Assembly: GCA_022821085.1 (NCBI GenBank)
Contig: JAJEEG010000007.1
Span: 22,916 to 86,915, forward strand
Direction of reading: 5' to 3'
Source: Candidatus Latescibacterota bacterium
GTDB lineage: Bacteria > JAAXHH01
DNA length: 64,000 nucleotides
Positions 61,901-64,000 of the stretch are shown one piece after another. The notes beneath the pieces are model-generated. The model was not told where the DNA came from, did no database searches, and saw only the letters and a list, made by a program, of their open reading frames with translations. Position 1 is the stretch's first letter; each line of letters begins with the position of its first letter. Both the position numbers and the translations under genes were made by a program.

Positions 61901-62326
61901 GGTTTCGTCTTCGACCTGAACGCGGGCCTGGTGCTGAGAGGCAATTTCACTACGACGGACGGACTGACCCAGTTCGGGCGGAACGCGACCGATCAGAAAC
62001 TTCAGACCAGGTCTATCACCGTCGCCGTCGACTACCGGCTCAGGCCCGGTGTCCGGATCTTCGGGAGGAGAACAAGCGGGGACATCAACGCCCGGCTCCA
62101 ATTCACCCGGAATTCCAACAGGACGCTGATCTCCCGGATAGGCGGCGATTTCCAGGCCAATAACGGTCAGAATCAGAACCGGTTCTCGGTTACGACGGAC
62201 TACCGGTTCAGCAGGTACGTCCGCGGCGGCGTGACGCTTGAACTGACGAATACGCTGAACGTGATTACCCAGCAGAAGCGGCTTCGCAGAGGCGGCGGGT
62301 TGTGGACCGAGTTCGTCTTCAACTGA
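55997..62326 (+). CDS. sprA: SprA-like giant outer-membrane protein (type IX secretion translocon family)
   Basis: 2109 aa with signal peptide MKRIFTILLSLVLASAWTFATQAQ. It is beta-rich throughout and has acidic Ca-binding-like stretches (DVNDDGRLDTEDDRSDGFGNNLLEPEEDIGLDGLRDEDE). Segments such as HTGLFGIKTTGQLGGFHLTAIASQEKGE and the C-terminal beta-barrel-like end match my recollection of SprA (TIGR04189). Confidence 0.55.
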   Translation: MKRIFTILLSLVLASAWTFATQAQVEGPAIRLESARLHVVTFEEVDEIARGLSKPPLRTLSDTPWTFGGRTVIYPDLQLVAYIDEESGLGRRVPLVLSFDQYYRLRSAAQFRKLWRTSVVSYVFETQTRLSEEGLLTLDVPVNLPTFLGGGSPVIRILGNQRIEMDMASEWTEGSASTATNRFSRAPNVSMKQNQEFTVTGNIGEKIEVNIKQNSEAFTDLDNNLAIRYQDVFDDGREGNGILKSFEAGNVSLELKNTEFTGYTQQHTGLFGIKTTGQLGGFHLTAIASQEKGEGESATFQAGSQGSSRTIRDLDFRRRTYYFIDERYRRNFSRRDVNGSHIAAEDSVRLIQVYVAGQVTLTNQARLVNASAFPEPPVYDADGVLIHGSEEGEFIEGKFRYLESDEFYVNEQFGYIALNTPLQEDDMLAVYYETVSLDGEVIKYGRLDGDVPLLRLLKRQQERPPDVQDDPSQWGTWQYEWRNVYYLGQTDIDPNNFDLRIYRIESEGEHSEIDENGTPYVQLLGLDRRGVDAHSEPDRRVDIDYSLINFERGELIFPDQYPFAPMLTRNSAGQLAYPDTQEEGLPDETPGIYNLSNEQIITEHNRLHKYFLEVEYRNQLSQYALGRTNIIEGSEIVRLNGQQLQRGTDYIILYEVGQIRFTNEEALTPDADVTVQFQFAPFFKPVSNTLLGLQGEYQFSERSWIKGTLLYRSDKSLEQKSRIGRETGRYMMWGIDARLEFEPDFMTSFMDFISPADLGDEASSLIIEAELAQSVPNPNILGDGFIDDFEGSKEETDLGVRRSGWRPSSPPDRHTHGQRGRLIWYNPLEQVDVRQIYPTREVTGRDQLQHVLIMEFDPTEPDLRWGGIHADSTFNAPGQPNGPDDLLNRWAGLMHPLAGGYVDQTRSRFIELWVNGNRGELHVDLGVISEDVNDDGRLDTEDDRSDGFGNNLLEPEEDIGLDGLRDEDETGFDAVTNPDPHGDNFAFEGTQGGNVPVDLVDYSRINGPEVNASDPDQNRRPDTEDLDYSGFLDVQNDFFKFVVNLSPDHEDTMFVAGGDRERSNWENPDSWRLYRIPLDTGLSGAEPAGPDPTGPNPPEGDAGGQGSVDAETMAGGSLTSNRAYDGSVGMPRFDRIETVRLWITMVNEPVKMRIASINIVGNQWQEDFQGAITDSSGFPVPAEKLAEYEETFDVAVKNTYDNPGDYTTPPGAIIEYDRVTGLQVKEQSLILTYTNLQPHHSAEAYRTLFSFQDYTLYNTLRLYIHGSDHFEGGRSPEFFIRFGSGEYDYYEYRTRVVPGWDDANHLRVVFDDLTILKSETEAARVTATTADTTYSVMLSDGKERPVRFREGPPGTGITLAIAELEGNKQYRVLGAPALARVRHITVGIYNPYDTELEGGELWLDELRAGDVRRDRGLAGRLKIDAEFADVFSLFGTVRSVGSHFRRIGGEEAGSRSTVMNFSTLLNLGNMLPENWGLSVPVRLRWRNDHRLPRLQVGSDIVLLNSEQREAQRTENTDRSFSTSISKRTGSTNPFVAWTLERIRFDYTSTNYFRHSVSRIDTTGAYRARLQYNLTPRSRIQWPILGWMPLPDFISGLAFNPLPVRLELFSEINRDRRIYLNRPGRTVLVGDASETPSVISDRSERFTRYLNRNIRAIMEPFRSLRMNYNLAVSNDMKSDSTVSFTSLEFGPETSFRQNLGLDYRPEITTWFRPSYNFTTSYAENRNPQLQLVGASPEARTITFNNQQGVRTNVNMARMISNVFGNASRRSEPGDSGWFRRNVADRFVTVLSNLSPVTLNFTVSRNQNFFNAVSRPTLRERMGLSDYFSVPFDTLGTGGGVTGIQRNQESEANRSSFNVGTGIRFMGASFSIRPTWVSTRNRSTNLNRKQRNTTWPEMNLRWSPNPRSMGEFGRLFRRIELSSGFSRRNSKSTDLKQQDLAVAQGAATGDSDPGESGITRTTTTTLSPLFGFVFDLNAGLVLRGNFTTTDGLTQFGRNATDQKLQTRSITVAVDYRLRPGVRIFGRRTSGDINARLQFTRNSNRTLISRIGGDFQANNGQNQNRFSVTTDYRFSRYVRGGVTLELTNTLNVITQQKRLRRGGGLWTEFVFN

Positions 62327-62434
62327 TTGACCCCGTTTGACCCGAGGGCGATCATGAAGTCGGCAACAACGTACCAGTAATTATAAGGTACCGGTAATAA
62401 AAGTTATCGATTTATCAAAGGCAGCGGTCGAACT

Positions 62435-62950
62435 ATGACTAAAGGGGAGATACAGGCCGTCATCTTCGTCGCGGCCAGCATGCTGGCCGGTGCCGTTATT
62501 CTGCTGGTGAAACAGTACGATTCGGATTTCCTGCCCGATCTGGGACCGGCTCCGGCCCTCGGACGGCTGAACGCAGGTAACGAGACGGCATCCGCCACAG
62601 CTAACGAGGACGATTCGAACGCACGTCGCCCGTCCACCAGGGCGGACTCGGGACGTCCGACTGAAACGCAACACGCGGGACGCCCAGGCGCAACGCGGGA
62701 ATTGAGACGCTCGGTTGACGAGGCCGCTGCGAAATCCGCCTCTTCCACCGGCAACCTGCTGGTTCCGGTAAATACAGCCCCAGCGTCCGAACTTCAGAAA
62801 CTGCCGGGGATCGGTCCGAAACTGGCGGAGGCGATCATCGAATACCGGACACAGTCAGGACCCTTCGTGCAGGTCGAGCAGCTGCTCGAAGTGAAGGGGA
62901 TCGGTCCCGCCAAACTCGGCCGCATACGACCCCTGGTGAAGCTGAAGTGA
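62435..62950 (+). CDS. comEA: ComEA-family helix-hairpin-helix DNA-binding protein
   Basis: 171 aa with an N-terminal TM helix. The C-terminal part is VNTAPASELQKLPGIGPKLAEAIIEYRTQSGPFVQVEQLLEVKGIGPAKL. Confidence 0.85.
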   Translation: MTKGEIQAVIFVAASMLAGAVILLVKQYDSDFLPDLGPAPALGRLNAGNETASATANEDDSNARRPSTRADSGRPTETQHAGRPGATRELRRSVDEAAAKSASSTGNLLVPVNTAPASELQKLPGIGPKLAEAIIEYRTQSGPFVQVEQLLEVKGIGPAKLGRIRPLVKLK

Positions 62951-63130
62951 ATGTAGGGCCGCGCCTGGTCGCGCCTGGACGCGCCCGGCCGGAACCATGC
63001 GCCGACGTGTCGGAAAGCCCCGAAAACAGCCGGAAAACCGGGTTTCTCCAACGGCCTTTTTTGTTGACATGCACCCCCTGCAAATCTATTTTCGATGTGG
63101 TCCGAACGGTAATGGCCGGAGGTGGGGATC

Positions 63131-63769
63131 ATGTTGCGGATCGGCACAGGAATCGCCAGGGGCCGTCGGCTGAAGTCCGTAACCGGCGCCGTTCGTCCCA
63201 CCGGCAGCCGTGTACGCGGATCGCTGTTCGATATCCTGGCGGTACGAATCGTCGACGAAACGGTGCTGGACCTGTGCGCCGGCACAGGAAGCCTGGGCAT
63301 TGAAGCGCTGAGCCGCGGTGCGCGCTGCTGCCTGTTCGTCGACCGCGACCGGCGCGCCGTCCGCACGATAAGAGACAATCTCGACCGTTGTGGGTTTCGC
63401 GGAACCGGCAGGATCTGGATGACAGACGCCGTACGGAGTCTCGATTACCTCGCCGACCATGCCTGCGCCGTAGACATCGTGCTCGCCGATCCGCCCTATG
63501 GCGATCCGGTTGCGCGGGAAATCGTCCGGACCGCCGGCGAACGAAACGTAATTGCTCCCGGCGGCCTGCTCGTCCTTGAGCATCACAAAGACGATCATCC
63601 GGAATCCTGCGAAGGTCTCGACCTGGTGCGCAGCCGAACGATCGGTGACACGGCGCTGTCTTTCTTTCGGCCCGGCGGGCCCGATCAGCCCGTTCCGGCG
63701 GCAGCCGTGAACCGTCCGGAAGTCCTGCCCATCGATCTTCCACCTCCTTCATCGAGAACCCGGCGATGA
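63131..63769 (+). CDS. rsmD: 16S rRNA (guanine966-N2)-methyltransferase RsmD
   Basis: ORF 63122..63769. It has MLRIGTGIARGRRL, RPTGSRVRGSLFDIL, DLCAGTGSLGIEALSRGA and the DPPY motif (VLADPPY). A C-terminal tail of about 30 aa is atypical. Confidence 0.85.
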   Translation: MLRIGTGIARGRRLKSVTGAVRPTGSRVRGSLFDILAVRIVDETVLDLCAGTGSLGIEALSRGARCCLFVDRDRRAVRTIRDNLDRCGFRGTGRIWMTDAVRSLDYLADHACAVDIVLADPPYGDPVAREIVRTAGERNVIAPGGLLVLEHHKDDHPESCEGLDLVRSRTIGDTALSFFRPGGPDQPVPAAAVNRPEVLPIDLPPPSSRTRR

Positions 63770-64000
63770 AAGTTGCGGTGTACCCCGGCACTTTCGATCC
63801 TGTGACCAACGGACATCTGGACGTGCTGAGGCAGGCGCTGACCGTGTTCGACCGTATGGTGGTGGCCGTTGCGACCAACCTGGAAAAGCGCCCGGTGTTT
63901 TCGGTTGAGGAACGGGTGGACCTGTTCCGGCAGGCCGTGGACGGCTGGACGGGGGTCGAGGTGATGTCGTCTGACGGACTGACGGTCGAACTGGCCGGAA
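63766..64000 (+). CDS. coaD: phosphopantetheine adenylyltransferase CoaD (N-terminal part; runs off the window end)
   Basis: My own translation from ATG 63766, which overlaps the rsmD stop, gives MKVAVYPGTFDPVTNGHLDVLRQALTVFDRMVVAVATNLEKRPVFSVEERVDLF.... Confidence 0.9.
   Translation, partial: MKVAVYPGTFDPVTNGHLDVLRQALTVFDRMVVAVATNLEKRPVFSVEERVDLFRQAVDGWTGVEVMSSDGLTVELAG

Overview
This is a 64-kb bacterial chromosome segment that is visibly high in G+C (judged by eye, not computed). I recognised no rRNA, tRNA, CRISPR array or transposase.

Core region, 1-14.9 kb: mraY (edge-truncated), an unusual murG-HEAT-repeat fusion, a VapB antitoxin with a gutted VapC, a DUF1801 protein, a coiled-coil lipoprotein, secDF, ligA, an amidinotransferase, a Gfo/Idh/MocA oxidoreductase and a YyaL-type thioredoxin-domain protein.

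Accessory island, about 14.9-36.7 kb: a Cre-like tyrosine recombinase gene, convergent with and overlapping the yyaL 3' end, opens a roughly 22-kb surface-protein island.
- Five same-strand tandem paralogous genes encode collagen-like (G-X-Y) plus Big_2 lipoproteins. Their leader, signal-peptide and collagen 5' parts and their ~270-nt 3' UTRs are conserved, while the central and C-terminal cores differ.
- Each 3' UTR is a conserved multi-helix element with a compensatorily varying hairpin and ends in an intrinsic terminator. This is a candidate new structured RNA.
- The array is interrupted by an antisense KAS-like gene.
- It is followed by a 2254-aa lipoprotein (Big_2 domain, eight plant-type LRR modules, three collagen tracts) and a CAP/PR-1 lipoprotein.

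Right part, 36.8-64 kb:
- Metabolic genes: an oxidoreductase, a cupin, a class-III aminotransferase, an Nramp-like transporter and three amidohydrolases.
- A low-G+C three-gene operon with 4-nt start/stop overlaps: DUF3696-type ABC/AAA ATPase, PIN-like nuclease, RNA ligase. This is a candidate defence or RNA damage/repair module.
- An esterase coupled to an orphan HigA, next to toxin and antitoxin remnants.
- A sulfur-relay operon (MoaD, MoaE, NifS, TusA, Mrp, PP-loop ATPase).
- A repeat-rich intergenic region.
- A 2109-aa SprA-like (T9SS) protein, which suggests an FCB-group organism (inference).
- comEA, rsmD and coaD (edge-truncated).
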